This document shows positions 50,809 to 61,731 of a stretch of 64,000 bases of DNA, in pieces (within the stretch, counting starts at the first letter, position 1; each line of letters opens with the position of its first letter). A program made the translations under genes and the position numbers. The notes under the pieces are model-generated. The model did not search any database. It had not been told where the DNA came from and was given only the letters and a program-made list of their open reading frames with translations. Source of the DNA: an uncultured Pseudomonadota bacterium (lineage in GTDB: Bacteria > Pseudomonadota > Alphaproteobacteria > Rhizobiales > Xanthobacteraceae); the NCBI GenBank assembly GCA_963819325.1, contig CAWFVT010000004.1, positions 58,786 through 122,785 on the forward strand. Reading direction: 5' to 3'.

Positions 50809-52002
50809 TCACACCACCTTGGCTTGCCTCAGCTTCGCGATTTCGTCGGCGCTGAAGCCGAACTCGGCAAGCACCTCTACGGTCTGCTCGCCGAATTCCG
50901 GCGGCCGCGCCGCCATTTTGCTGGGAGTGCGCGACAAGGTGACGGGCTGGCCGACCAGACGGATATGACGGTTCTCGGCATTCGGCACATCCTGCGCGAC
51001 GCCGAGATGTCTGACTTGAGGATCCCCGAACACCTGGTCGACCGAATAGATCGGACCGCAGGGCACGCCGGCAGCGTTGAGTTCCTTGACCCACGTGTCG
51101 GTGGATTTCTTTTCGGTCAGCGCGTTGATCTCGGCGTTGAGTGCATCGCGGTTTTTCGAGCGCGCCGGCGCGGTGGCATATTCGGGGCGGGTCGGCAGGT
51201 CCGGCGCTCCGATCGCTTCGGCGCAGCGCTCCCAGATCCGCCCCCCCGTGGTGGCAATGTTGATGTAGCCATCCGAGGTCCTGAACACGCCGGTGGGAAT
51301 GCTGGTCGGGTGATCATTGCCGGCCTGCTTCGGCACTTCTTCCTCCATTAACCAGCGCGAGGCCTGAAAATCGAGCATGAAAATCTGCGCCTGCAGCAGT
51401 GAGGTCTGCACCCACTGACCTTCACCGGAGACATCGCGCTCGAGCAGGGCGGTCAGGATGCCGATCGCACAGAACAGCCCGGCTGCGAGGTCTGCGACCG
51501 GAATGCCAACCCGCATCGGCCCCTGGCCGGGGGCGCCGGTGATTGACATCAACCCGCCCATGCCCTGAGCGATCTGATCGAAGCCCGGGCGCTTGTGATA
51601 GGGGCCGTCCTGTCCGAACCCGGAGATGCTGCCATAGACGATGCGCGGGTTGATTTTGCGCAAGGCATCATAGTCGATGCCGAGCCGCGCTTTGACATCG
51701 GGGCGAAAGTTCTCCACCACGACATCAGCCTTTTCCGCGAGACGCCGAAAAACGTCGAGACCTTTAGGGTCCTTCAGGTTAAGCGCGATTGCCCGCTTGT
51801 TGCGATGCAGGTTCTGGAAATCCGAACCATGGCGCGGCCCCCCGGGTTGCTCGCCGGCAGCGTCTTCGGTCAAGGCATCGATCTTGATGACATTGGCGCC
51901 CCAGTCGGCGAGTTGCCGCACGCAGGTCGGCCCGGAGCGAACCCGGGTCAGATCGAGCACAGTGAAGCGGGAAAGGGCCTGTGAGGCGCGCGGGAACGGC
52001 AT
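50809..52002 (-). CDS. CaiB/BaiF (family III) CoA transferase
   Basis: GPTCVRQLADWGA, HRNKR, ENFRP, SISGFGQDGP, GFDQIAQG. Confidence 0.92.
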   Translation of the reverse strand: MPFPRASQALSRFTVLDLTRVRSGPTCVRQLADWGANVIKIDALTEDAAGEQPGGPRHGSDFQNLHRNKRAIALNLKDPKGLDVFRRLAEKADVVVENFRPDVKARLGIDYDALRKINPRIVYGSISGFGQDGPYHKRPGFDQIAQGMGGLMSITGAPGQGPMRVGIPVADLAAGLFCAIGILTALLERDVSGEGQWVQTSLLQAQIFMLDFQASRWLMEEEVPKQAGNDHPTSIPTGVFRTSDGYINIATTGGRIWERCAEAIGAPDLPTRPEYATAPARSKNRDALNAEINALTEKKSTDTWVKELNAAGVPCGPIYSVDQVFGDPQVRHLGVAQDVPNAENRHIRLVGQPVTLSRTPSKMAARPPEFGEQTVEVLAEFGFSADEIAKLRQAKVV

Positions 52003-52438
52003 TGGGAAACTCCGTGTAGACCAGGGCCGGGGGTAGCATTGTGGGCGCCACCATCGTGGAAAGTTTGCGTGTTGTCAGCAGCGACTAGGCGGATTCGGCG
52101 CCTGCAAGCCAGCTATCTGCTTTCCGCTGCTCCACTGAACGAACTCGGCAGGAACCAAGAGCATCTGGCCGGCTTTGCCATAACCTGAAGACCCTCCAGA
52201 CTAATCAAATTGGGTTCGTTCTGCAAAAAAGCGCATTGCCGATCCGGCGCACGGCGTGGCGCTACTCAAGCCGCGCGATTTCCGCCATGTCGGACTTCAC
52301 CGCACTGCGGGATGTATTCGAGGCGTCGATCCGACCGAGTGGGCGCCGCGCGTTGCGATTGCAGGCGACACATGGCCGATCGCCGAGTCCTATGTCTGCA
52401 TTGCGCGTGCCGGATGCCACGACGGACGACCAACTCCG

Positions 52439-52612
52439 CTATTCGATCCCGCTTCAGCTTCCGCTTTTCCCAATGCCTCTTTTTGCGATCGGAATTGAAC
52501 ACGCGGACCACATGGCGGTGGATCGCCTGCGTGACGCCGGGCGAACATCATTGGTTCTCCACGCGTTGCGAAGATCATTCAGGGCTTCGATCGCCGCCTG
52601 CCACTCGGGCAA
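52439..52612 (-). pseudogene. Relic of a small hypothetical gene
   Basis: Across frames: PEWQAAIEAL / ATRGEPMMFAR / HRHVVRVFNSDRKKRHWEKRKLKRD; resembles a Bradyrhizobium hypothetical family from memory. Confidence 0.4.
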
Positions 52613-52614
52613 AA

Positions 52615-53625
52615 TCAGGCCGCCATCTCTTCGATGCGCGTGCGCCATGGGAATGATGCGATCCGGTTGCCGACTCGGATTATCGGTGTCTCGAAAAAGC
52701 GCCAGCTGAAGAGGGAAAGGACTATGACCACAGCGATGCAACCGAAGCGAATCGGCTCCTGCACCCAAAGCGGCGCGTTGGGGAATTTGCTGACCAGCGA
52801 CGACGCGGTAAAAAAAACCATTGGATGGATCAGGTAGATTGAATAGGAAGCATCGCCGAGCATTGTGGCGGGTTTGCTCCACCAAGTTTTCTCGGAAGGC
52901 GTCAGATTGGCAAAAGCCGTTATCACGAAGAACAGTCCGAACGGGGTCAGGGCGTCGCTTAGATATCCCAGCAGCACCAGAAGCACGACGCCAGCGACCG
53001 CCGGTCGCCAGAAGCCGAACCGAGCCAATTTGTCATGCGCCATGAAGGCCAGGACGCCGGCAAGAAACAAGCCGTAATAGCGCGCAATATGAGTGAAATA
53101 CCAAGGCACGTCGACGAGGTGAGCCGCTAACGTGGAAGCCAAGAGGAAAGCCACAAGGCCACGTAAGCCAACAAGGGGGACGATCGCGGCTACGATTACA
53201 TAGAACGCTATTTCCGGCTGCAGGCTCCAGCCCACATTGTAAAACGGATAGTCGAATGTGGGGAGCAGCGTTGCGGAGTAAAGAAAGTAGCCCGATGTTT
53301 CAAAGGGCTGGAGCCCCCGCCAGAGCCACGCGGTGACGGCGAAAACAGACAGCATCACCAGCCATAATGGATAGAGTTGGAACACCCGTTTGATCAAAAA
53401 CGATGGGACCTGGAAGGTCTCTCGGCGGACCACCAGGCAGATGACGTAGCCGCTGATCGCGAAAAACAGGTAGACGGCAAACCATCCATAAGTTGTCAGA
53501 CCCGGGATCTGATACGAGGTGCCTTTCGGAAACCGGACGATCGAAGTCCAGGAGTGAAAATAAACGATGCTGAGTGCCGCGATCGCGCGCGCTACCTGGA
53601 TTCCGACCTGTTTGTTTTGTCCCAT
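52615..53625 (-). CDS. Acyltransferase-3 family membrane O-acyltransferase
   Basis: GIQVARAIAALSIVYFH, FFAISGY, WSLQPEIAFY, LGDASYSIYLIH. Confidence 0.88.
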   Translation of the reverse strand: MGQNKQVGIQVARAIAALSIVYFHSWTSIVRFPKGTSYQIPGLTTYGWFAVYLFFAISGYVICLVVRRETFQVPSFLIKRVFQLYPLWLVMLSVFAVTAWLWRGLQPFETSGYFLYSATLLPTFDYPFYNVGWSLQPEIAFYVIVAAIVPLVGLRGLVAFLLASTLAAHLVDVPWYFTHIARYYGLFLAGVLAFMAHDKLARFGFWRPAVAGVVLLVLLGYLSDALTPFGLFFVITAFANLTPSEKTWWSKPATMLGDASYSIYLIHPMVFFTASSLVSKFPNAPLWVQEPIRFGCIAVVIVLSLFSWRFFETPIIRVGNRIASFPWRTRIEEMAA

Positions 53626-53692
53626 GCCTGAACCCTAAGCGCAATTCCAATCCGAGGGCAATGCCATCACCAACCCAACGCGGATGGATTTT

Positions 53693-54073
53693 TCAGCCGC
53701 GTTCTGGCAGTCGCCAGGACCTCATCGGTTTTACGTCCCGGCGTCGTAACCGCACATAAACAGCTTGGCGTGTCCGCCGAAGCGCGGTGGCTATCTCGCC
53801 AGCGTCCTTTCCGGCCCTCACCAGGTCGTCAAGTTTCTCTTGCTCCTCGGCGGTCCATGGCCGCACCGGTCTTGATGGGCTCATTTCGATAGCTTTCCGC
53901 TGAGCAGCGGACTTAAGGAAAATTCCCAACCGCAGGGCCATTTGAACGACCGTTTCCGGAGGCCGGTTCATTTCATCGGCGATCGCATTGACCGACTTCG
54001 AAGAAGCGGCAAGCTGGATCAAGCGGCGATCGTCCGCATAGGACCAGCGTCTGCTGACCACCTTCTTCGCCAT
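53693..54073 (-). CDS. Small protein with two tandem HTH-like units
   Basis: RRWSYADDRRLIQLA...IADEMNR and RPWTAEEQEKLDDLV...IATALRR; resembles 1601..1825. Confidence 0.55.
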   Translation of the reverse strand: MAKKVVSRRWSYADDRRLIQLAASSKSVNAIADEMNRPPETVVQMALRLGIFLKSAAQRKAIEMSPSRPVRPWTAEEQEKLDDLVRAGKDAGEIATALRRTRQAVYVRLRRRDVKPMRSWRLPERG

Positions 54074-54571
54074 TATGCTTTCGCGCCTTCCGCCTTCAGC
54101 CCGAACGCGACCAGGCGGCTCGGTGCCTTTTTGCAGCGGCGATGGCCGCCACCAAAATAACGATCGCGCTGCCTTTGCTTATCGGGAGGACTCAGGGCAC
54201 CCATCAATCGCGCAAGGCTGGCTTCTCTCGATTTGATGTAGCGCGCGGTCCATACGTCCACCGCAGTCTGTAGGCTCATTCTCAGTCTCCGTGATTAAAT
54301 GAATTGTGGTTATCGTGCCAAGCAACCTCATGGCCTCGCGCATGTCCTTCGAGATCAATTTGTCGACCTTTCGGAAGGTCTCGTCGGTCGGCGTGATCAC
54401 GAATCTCCCATCGCTGTCCGGCCCCCTAAAGGCGCCGCTGGTGCCGCGCGGCTGAAGACCTAATCTAGGCGTCAGATGTTAGTTTTGAGGGGCGTAAGGC
54501 GATAGCCTGGAAAAGACTATTGAGTAAGCACGAAGCATGCTAAAGCACTCAGACAGAGCGTTTGGACGACG

Positions 54572-55333
54572 ATGAACAAAGATGAGCCCAGCGTGTCTTC
54601 ATACGCAAGCTATACCAGAGATACGACCGAGCCGCTAAAGAGCCTCGCGCACAAAAGGCGGTATCACCAAGTTCTCAATCTTATTGCGCCACCGTTACCC
54701 ATAGACAGCGTGCTCGATTATGGTTGTGGTGACGGGCATTTGTTTTCATTTTTGGTCCACAAATTCAAACGCCAGAACCTAGTTGGTTACGATCCAAATC
54801 CTAAATTGCTAGCCGAAGCGGCGCCGAGCGTTTCGGCGGGGGCGGAACTCACTACGGACATCGATAGTCTGATAGGAAAGCGGCCATCCAGTTTCTCATT
54901 GATCTATTGCATGGAGGTCTGCGAGCACCTGACCGACAAGTCGCTCGATGAATTGCTAAAGCATATCACCGTGTTGGCAGCTCCCCGTGCCCGGATCATT
55001 TTCGGCGTACCAATCGAGACGGGGCCGAGCGGGTTTTTAAAGTCTATTTACCGCGCCGCTCACGGTGGCCGCCAGTCAGCCAGTATCGCTCAGGCATTTC
55101 GAGCGCTTTTCAATATAAAGCTTGAGCGGAAAGTTACGGATGTTGAGTGGTACGGTGCACATACGGGTTTCAGCCACATAAGATTCCGCAAAATTTTGGA
55201 ACAAGGAGGCTTCTCTATAATCAAGACCCTTCACCTACCGTTTCCAGCGCTGCGAAGCGTCCTCAATAACGAAATTTATTTTGTTTGCCGAAAAATGCCC
55301 GAAACAACGGATCGCCTAAATTTATCGCGCTAG
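54572..55333 (+). CDS. Class I SAM-dependent methyltransferase
   Basis: VLDYGCGDG, GYDP, IYCMEVCEHL. Confidence 0.88.
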   Translation: MNKDEPSVSSYASYTRDTTEPLKSLAHKRRYHQVLNLIAPPLPIDSVLDYGCGDGHLFSFLVHKFKRQNLVGYDPNPKLLAEAAPSVSAGAELTTDIDSLIGKRPSSFSLIYCMEVCEHLTDKSLDELLKHITVLAAPRARIIFGVPIETGPSGFLKSIYRAAHGGRQSASIAQAFRALFNIKLERKVTDVEWYGAHTGFSHIRFRKILEQGGFSIIKTLHLPFPALRSVLNNEIYFVCRKMPETTDRLNLSR

Positions 55334-56160
55334 TACCCACTATTGGTGAAGAATGAGTTGTTGATTTAAGGATGCATGATCGGCATCCCTGAAGCGGCTG
55401 CGATTATTTTGACGACCGCAAAACGCACCGAGCTTGAGGGCTTGGTGCGTTCGACGAAGACGGAGCACCGGCTGCGGCAGCGCGCAGGCATCGTGCTGGT
55501 GGCGGCGGAGGGTATGGCGAGCCGGGCAATCGGGCGGGCCGTTGGCTGCACGACCGGAACGGCATCGAAGTGGCGGGTGCGCTATGCCGAGAAGCGGTTT
55601 AGCGGTCTCGATGAAACGGGCGACTGAGGCGCCGAGCCAAAATACACGGCGGAAACGGGCAAACGCATTCTGGCGCTGTTGGATCAGCGGAAGCCCCAGG
55701 GCTACGCCCGCTGGTCGGGACCGCCCTTGGCGCAGCGCTCGGCGATGTCGATGTGCAGTATGTCTGGCGCTTCCTGCGTGCCCAGAAGATCGACCTTGCC
55801 GGGCGCAAATCCTGGTGCGAGAGCAACGATCCGGAGTTCGCCGCCAAGGCGGCCGACGTGCTCGGGCTCTACATGGCACCGCCGGAGAATGCGATTGTCA
55901 TCTGCATCGAAAGTCCTCGATCCAGGCACTGGAGACGCTTTTCGCCGCCTTCGAGGTGGCCACCGGTAAGGTGACGGCGGCTCACAAGAAGCGGCGGCGG
56001 CGCATCGAATTCTTCGACTTCATGAACGACATTGTCGCCGCTTGGCCCGACACCGCCATCCACATCGTGCTCGACACCTCAATACCTACAAACCAAAAAA
56101 CACCGTTGGCTCAAGCTCCATCCGAACGTGAAGTTCCATTTCACGCGAAGCAATGTTGAA
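55331..56160 (+). mobile_element. Degraded IS630-family insertion sequence
   Basis: RLRQRAGIVL...TASKWRVRYA..GL HTH with stop at 55625; KSWCESNDPEFAAKAADVLGLY; LFAAFEVATGKV...EFFDFMND...IHIVLD in different frames; begins at TA. Confidence 0.85.
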
Positions 56161-56570
56161 GTGGCCCGGCATGAGAATGATTTTGCGGTAGCAGCTCTGG
56201 AGGCATGAGCAGCGAATTAGGTGACGTATCGTCTCGCTACACGCGGTCCGATTCTAAGCAGAGGATGGGGGTCAGTTGCGGCATCGTTGTCCTGGCCCCT
56301 CGCTCGGATGGTCGAAGCGCAAAGACCCTAGATATGTCTCTCCGGTGTCGATATGGCGCAAAAAATCTAATAAAAACAGTTACTTATATTGGATTCTGAG
56401 ATTTAAGGGGGCGTCGGCTGTACGTGCAATTTTGCAACACACTCCGGAAAAACCATCGAGACGCAGTGCCGCAAGCCATCTTTCAATTGCGCTTTCAGAG
56501 GCGGGAGGTAATTCTCAACCCATCGAGAGAGGCAATGCATTTTCCAGATCCACAAGGGGGATATATCAAG

Positions 56571-57575
56571 ATGAATACCAAAGCTCTACTAGCGGCAGCA
56601 GGGATTGCGGCAGTCGCATTCTCGCCGGCATACGCCACTGAAGGTGGCGACATCGCGACCAAGCCCGGTGCGTTCATCGGAGCGAGCGCCGGCGTTCCGC
56701 CGCCGGGCATCTACATGTTCAATCAGGTGTTCACCTATCAGGCCAACCTCGTTGGACCTGGCACTTCTGCACTCAACCCCCCTGGCACACACAAGACCGG
56801 CGTTCAGGCGGCGGTTGACGTTCAAGGCTTCCTGTTCGTTCCTGGCTGGACGTTCCTGGGTGCGACCTATGACGCCGTTATCGTGCAGCCATTCGTGATG
56901 CAGAGCGTCGGTGCTCCGGTTAACGCACAAGGTTCTGGCGCGTTCAATACTTACATCGTGCCGGTGGAATTGAGCTGGAAGTTCGGCAATAGCGGCTGGG
57001 CGATCAAGACCGGTGTTGGTATCTACTTGCCCGACGGTTGCACCACGGGCGCCAATGGCCTTGGTTGCGAGGCCAATCCATACACGACGTACCAGCCCGA
57101 ATTGATCATATCGTATCTGCATGATGGCTGGAACCTGTCCGCAGCCTTGTACGAAGAGTTCAATACTGAGAACAGGGACACTCACTATACGACGGGTAAC
57201 ATCTTCCATGTGGACCTGACCGCTACCAAGACGTGGGGCAAGTGGACGATGGGTCCGGTGGCCTACTACGTTGCCCAGGTTACCAATGACGAATGCGGGT
57301 TTTCCTGTGTCGCGCTTGGCAATTCCACCTTGGCGCACACCGGCAGGTTCGAAACATGGGCAGTCGGTGGTCTCGTAGGGTATGACTTCGGACCGGCGAG
57401 CTTGTCGGTTTGGGCGACCCAGGAAGTCCATGCAAGTGCTCACAACAACGACGCCGCTGCAAACCTTGGATTTGATCCTTCTGTAACCGCAAAGGGTGCG
57501 ACGGTGTTCGCAACACTCAGCTATCGCCTGTGGGCACCTGAGGCGCCGGTTGCGCCTGCGATGTACCACAAGTAA
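56571..57575 (+). CDS. Outer-membrane beta-barrel, MetA-pathway of phenol degradation (SphA-like)
   Basis: Signal peptide, GVPPPGIY, WTFLGATY, alternating beta strands; AGGGGG upstream. Confidence 0.75.
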   Translation: MNTKALLAAAGIAAVAFSPAYATEGGDIATKPGAFIGASAGVPPPGIYMFNQVFTYQANLVGPGTSALNPPGTHKTGVQAAVDVQGFLFVPGWTFLGATYDAVIVQPFVMQSVGAPVNAQGSGAFNTYIVPVELSWKFGNSGWAIKTGVGIYLPDGCTTGANGLGCEANPYTTYQPELIISYLHDGWNLSAALYEEFNTENRDTHYTTGNIFHVDLTATKTWGKWTMGPVAYYVAQVTNDECGFSCVALGNSTLAHTGRFETWAVGGLVGYDFGPASLSVWATQEVHASAHNNDAAANLGFDPSVTAKGATVFATLSYRLWAPEAPVAPAMYHK

Positions 57576-57587
57576 GCAATACGACAC

Positions 57588-57640
57588 ATGTCCCCCTTTC
57601 GGTAGACGGTTGACGTCTATCGGGAGGGGGACATTCTTTT
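57588..57640 (+). terminator. Long hairpin, likely terminator
   Basis: atgtccccctttcggtagacg-gttga-cgtctatcgggagggggacat then tctttt. Confidence 0.65.
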
Positions 57641-57704
57641 GGGGAACTGCCAGAGCCTCCGCTCCGATTGCGTCGGGCCGGAGGCTTTCTGCCATCAGTA
57701 CTGC

Positions 57705-58052
57705 TCAACCCTCGTCGCTCTTCGTTCCGGCCCGCGCTCGCTTCAGCGCCTTGACAAATCGTGGGGCCGCCCTGTGCAGCAGGTCCTGTAGAGCACGCCC
57801 GTTGTCTAGGGTGCGCTGAACGTCCGGCACAAGCTCTTCCGGCACGTATACCGCAACACGACGCCCGCGCGCTTTACTGTAGAGAACATAGCTTTGATGC
57901 TGTTTGCCCGACTGGCACGCCGCGCAATTCTCGCGGATGCACGGGCTGCGGCGCAGGCTCAACGAACCGAGAAGCGCAGGCCAAAGATTTGCTGATTCGC
58001 TCTGCAGCCAGTGCGCGACATCTGAGGGAGATTCCGAATTAACGTTGCTCAT
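57705..58052 (-). CDS. DUF6788-like protein (IS-associated accessory gene)
   Basis: LLGSLSLRRSPCIRENCAACQSGKQH...VYVPEELVPDVQRTLDNGRALQDLL. Confidence 0.7.
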   Translation of the reverse strand: MSNVNSESPSDVAHWLQSESANLWPALLGSLSLRRSPCIRENCAACQSGKQHQSYVLYSKARGRRVAVYVPEELVPDVQRTLDNGRALQDLLHRAAPRFVKALKRARAGTKSDEG

Positions 58053-58371
58053 GACAACATGTGATACTACGCACACATTGCTGAGATCAAGCAAAACCCC
58101 TCCCACAATATTCCAAAGAAACACTCTATTTGCAGCGCCTTAACGGAATGGGGCAACAAACAAATCGCGGGGAACAAGGGGCGTAATTCACCTGACAGTT
58201 GAGACAGCTATGCCGGCACCCCAGCTAGCCATGCCCCGGTTCGATCCAGCGGTCTGGGCAGGCCCGACGTGTGTCGTCCGGAGATGGTCGAGCGTCGGGC
58301 CGCAAGAATGGGTCTCTGTATTGTGCCGCAATAGTGCGCCCGGTCAGCGCATAAGGCGCGGTCGACGGCCG

Positions 58372-58590
58372 CCGATGGGCCTGACTTCATTTTCTATACG
58401 GGTTGCAACGTGCTCAAGACGCCGCATATCGCATTACTTGCCCTCGCTATTATGGTTGCGATTGGCGTCACTTACCTACAACGACGTGTCGAAATGCGCG
58501 TCTCGCTGCACCGGTATCCCGGCTTAGCCGGCCATGGAAGCCACCGCCGAAATCCTGAGGACCGTCCCCGGCGTTGAAACTAGTGGAGCG
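58372..58590 (+). pseudogene. Fragments of a CCG-type (Fe-S)-binding protein
   Basis: PDFIFYTGCNVLKTPHIALLAL...GVTY then, after an apparent deletion, MEATAEILRTVPGVE. Confidence 0.55.
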
Positions 58591-58773
58591 GCCACTGAAA
58601 GTTGAGCTCGAATATGAAGCACGACTTTTTGGTCAGGGAATCACCTGGCCACCTTCGAGGTGCGGAGTTCTCCCGAATCATCTGCTTCATGACAACTTAG
58701 TACCACCACGGCCTCGCACTGAGCAAAAGTCCGATTTGATAGATCTCAGATGCAAATCAACCATCGTTGGCAA

Positions 58774-59529
58774 CTACATCACTCTGGTTTTGTAACCGGC
58801 CAATGCTGCCGATTCCCCGGCCCAGGCAGGACGCGACCGCTGTCGCCCAATGCCGATAAAGTAGAACGAGCTTTCTTTGGTCGGAATGGGGTGGTCGCCA
58901 TGGGTAAAAAATATCTCAAAGCCGGATTGCTCAATCATATGCCGGAAAGTATCAACGGTCGATCCTCGGTTGTTTTCTTGCAAGACAATCACGCCCTCTT
59001 CGGCTAGATGGTTGCCTATAGTCTCGAAAAAGTCTCTGTGGATTTGCCATTCTGGATCGTGTGCGCGAATGTCGCCTTCATACTGATCGACGAAATGAGG
59101 CGGATTGCTCACAATCAAGTTCCACATTTCCGAACGCGGAATGGTTTTGAGATTGTCCGATTGATAAACCGTTACGCGGTCGCTGAGCTTATTAACGCGC
59201 ACGGTGTGCTGGCACGAAGAAACTGCCGCCGGGTTGATGTCGGATAGGCAAAGTGTTTCACAAAGACCATGCCCTAGTAGTGAGAAGCCAATGAAGCCAG
59301 GGCCAGAGCACCATTCGAAAGCACGCCGCTGTTTTGGCATACCCCGCGATTTGAGAAAAGGGATGAACTGTTGCCCGAACTCAGTTCCTCCCCCGTCGAG
59401 TTCGCTGCGATAGCGAATGTCTACGCCTCCGACGCGGATATGACGGGATGGTCGTGCCCATCGCAGGATAGGTCTGACCAATTCATTCTCCACACGGTTT
59501 AGAAGACTTATCTTTTCTGTGCTCAACAC
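58774..59529 (-). CDS. SAM-dependent methyltransferase with NPPH motif
   Basis: LDGGG, FEWCSGPGFIG, DINP, LIVSNPPHF. Confidence 0.85.
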   Translation of the reverse strand: MLSTEKISLLNRVENELVRPILRWARPSRHIRVGGVDIRYRSELDGGGTEFGQQFIPFLKSRGMPKQRRAFEWCSGPGFIGFSLLGHGLCETLCLSDINPAAVSSCQHTVRVNKLSDRVTVYQSDNLKTIPRSEMWNLIVSNPPHFVDQYEGDIRAHDPEWQIHRDFFETIGNHLAEEGVIVLQENNRGSTVDTFRHMIEQSGFEIFFTHGDHPIPTKESSFYFIGIGRQRSRPAWAGESAALAGYKTRVM

Positions 59530-60153
59530 CTGTTCACTTATTCTTCGGAATTATGCCATGAACCATAAATTGCTAGTCGGACGGCTCGCCACCGTCCGCT
59601 TTGCCCCGATAGTAGACCAAATTTCGCAACGAAAGAACTATCCTGCTGCAAAAGTCCCCTCAGCGGCATGGAACTTAAATTTCCGAACGGTAGCCATGAC
59701 GGTCGTACAATAATATGGGAACTGCGCCATCATGGGTTAAAGTCACGAGCATTCCGGTAACTGGTTTGAAGCTGCGATGATATTCAATTGTCGTTTTTTT
59801 GTCCGCTCGCGGAAATCAGCCGGGGTACCTTTTTTGGAACTTCTGCAACATTATCTTCCACCCTGGGATATACACGCCCGCCGTCCGTCCGTGCGCCACT
59901 TAAGATCCACCACGGACCAATGTACAAGCTGCGGAATGGTTTCCGGTGGAGAAAACATTCGTATCGATTTCGCAGCGCAGGCAAGAGGGTTGCGCGCAGA
60001 TGGCGTGCGACTAACGTCGGAACGATCTACGCACGCGCGGTTTCGGGAAAAGAGAACGCTCTGGCATCGATGCTCTGCTGATCATTCTTTCTCGATCGTC
60101 ACCCGTTCTCTGTGCTACGCATCGGACCAATACCAATACAACGGAACCATTAC

Positions 60154-61524
60154 ATGAGCCGATCCGCTGCGCGACATGCGATCATCATCGGCGGCGGCGC
60201 AAGCGGCGTCCTGCTGGCTTACCAGTTGTTGCATAATCCGGCTTCCGATTTTCGCGTTACGCTGATTGAGAGGCGGCCCGAAATCGGGCGCGGGCTCGCC
60301 TATCACACCGGCAATCCCGAGCACCTGCTAAATGTGCGGGCGGCGAACATGAGTGCCCTGCCGGACGAGCCAGATCATTTTTGGCGCTGGCTTTCCATAC
60401 GTGGATCTGACGCACCGTTGTGCGCCGACCCATATTGCTTCGTGTCCAGGCGTATCTATGGAGATTACATCGCGAGTCTGATTGAACCGTTGATGTCGAA
60501 CGGGCGCGCGACGCACCACCTCAGCATCGTGCAAGGCGAATGTGTCGGCGTCAGCGAGAACCCTGCCGACGTCACAGTCACGCTGGGCGACGGGCGGCGC
60601 TACGTCGGTGATGTTGCAATCCTCGCCACTGGCCATGACACGACCAAGTCCAGTTTGACCTGTTATGCCGATCCGTGGGCACCGTCAGCTGCCGCCTGTG
60701 TCGATAAAGACGCGACTGTGTTGATTCTCGGTACAGGGCTGACGATGGTCGATTACGTGCTTTCGCTGCTGCGCGACGGCTACAAAGGGCCGATCGTAGC
60801 AATATCGCGACGCGGCCTCTTATCGATGGCGCATCGTCGCGTGGAGCCAGCGCGGATCGACGAAGCCGATATTCCATTTGGGGCCAGCGCCAGACGGCTG
60901 TTGCGCTGGTTCCGCAATCGGATCGATGCACACGTCGTGGAGGGCGGTGATTGGCGCAGTGTGGTCGATGCTATCAGACCCTTCACCCAGCGGCTCTGGC
61001 GGGAACTCCCGCTGGAATCCAAACGTAACTTCCTTGAACATGCGCGCGCCTGGTGGGATGTGCATCGTCATCGCATGGCGCCCGAGGTCGAGACGCGTAT
61101 CACGCAGGCGCTCGCGGCTGGACGTCTCGCCCTAATAGCGGCGAAAGTGACCGGCATCGAACCGAATGCCGGCGGAGCGCTGGTTCGCTACCGGCGTCGC
61201 GGGCAGAGCGAAATTACTAGCTTGCACGTCGGAACTATCGTGGATTGCACGGGGATCCTCAAAGACCCCCGTGCCACCACGAATCCCGTCGTGGGCAGTT
61301 TGTTCGATAAGGGCCTGGCCAGAGTCGATCCCTTGCATATCGGCATCGAGATCGACACAGATTGCGCAATCATTAATCGCGACGGGCTCCCGTCACGTCG
61401 GTTGTTTGCCGTCGGCCCGCTCACGCGTGCCACTTTCTGGGAGATCATCGCGATTCCCGACATTCGCAATCAATGCGCCGCGCTGGCTGAGCTTCTCGTT
61501 CACAGCCATCAGGCAGAAGCATAA
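60154..61524 (+). CDS. FAD/NAD(P)-binding protein (YdhS-like)
   Basis: IIGGGASG, GRGLAY, HLLNV, ILATGH, GTGLTMVD, WWDVHRHR. Confidence 0.88.
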   Translation: MSRSAARHAIIIGGGASGVLLAYQLLHNPASDFRVTLIERRPEIGRGLAYHTGNPEHLLNVRAANMSALPDEPDHFWRWLSIRGSDAPLCADPYCFVSRRIYGDYIASLIEPLMSNGRATHHLSIVQGECVGVSENPADVTVTLGDGRRYVGDVAILATGHDTTKSSLTCYADPWAPSAAACVDKDATVLILGTGLTMVDYVLSLLRDGYKGPIVAISRRGLLSMAHRRVEPARIDEADIPFGASARRLLRWFRNRIDAHVVEGGDWRSVVDAIRPFTQRLWRELPLESKRNFLEHARAWWDVHRHRMAPEVETRITQALAAGRLALIAAKVTGIEPNAGGALVRYRRRGQSEITSLHVGTIVDCTGILKDPRATTNPVVGSLFDKGLARVDPLHIGIEIDTDCAIINRDGLPSRRLFAVGPLTRATFWEIIAIPDIRNQCAALAELLVHSHQAEA

Positions 61525-61731
61525 GCAAAGAGCAAGCTCAACACGATAAGCATTTATCTCGCTGGGCGTATGGCAGGCGCCGTTTCGCGACCCGAACAAA
61601 AAAGTTCACTTGCTCGGGCTCCACTCCGAAATTCCGAGAAAACGTGGTGCCGCAAGCAATCGCTCATCGTACCTCGCAAGCTTCACGCTTTGCTTTTGTG
61701 CGCGGATAAACTCCGGGGCGACGAGGTGTAT

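Noticed and set aside
58060-58075. Near-CRP box TGTGA-TACTAC-GCACA upstream of the DUF6788-like gene
   Set aside because: One mismatch, only 7 nt from the start codon and inside a probable IS end; not enough to link it to the Crp module
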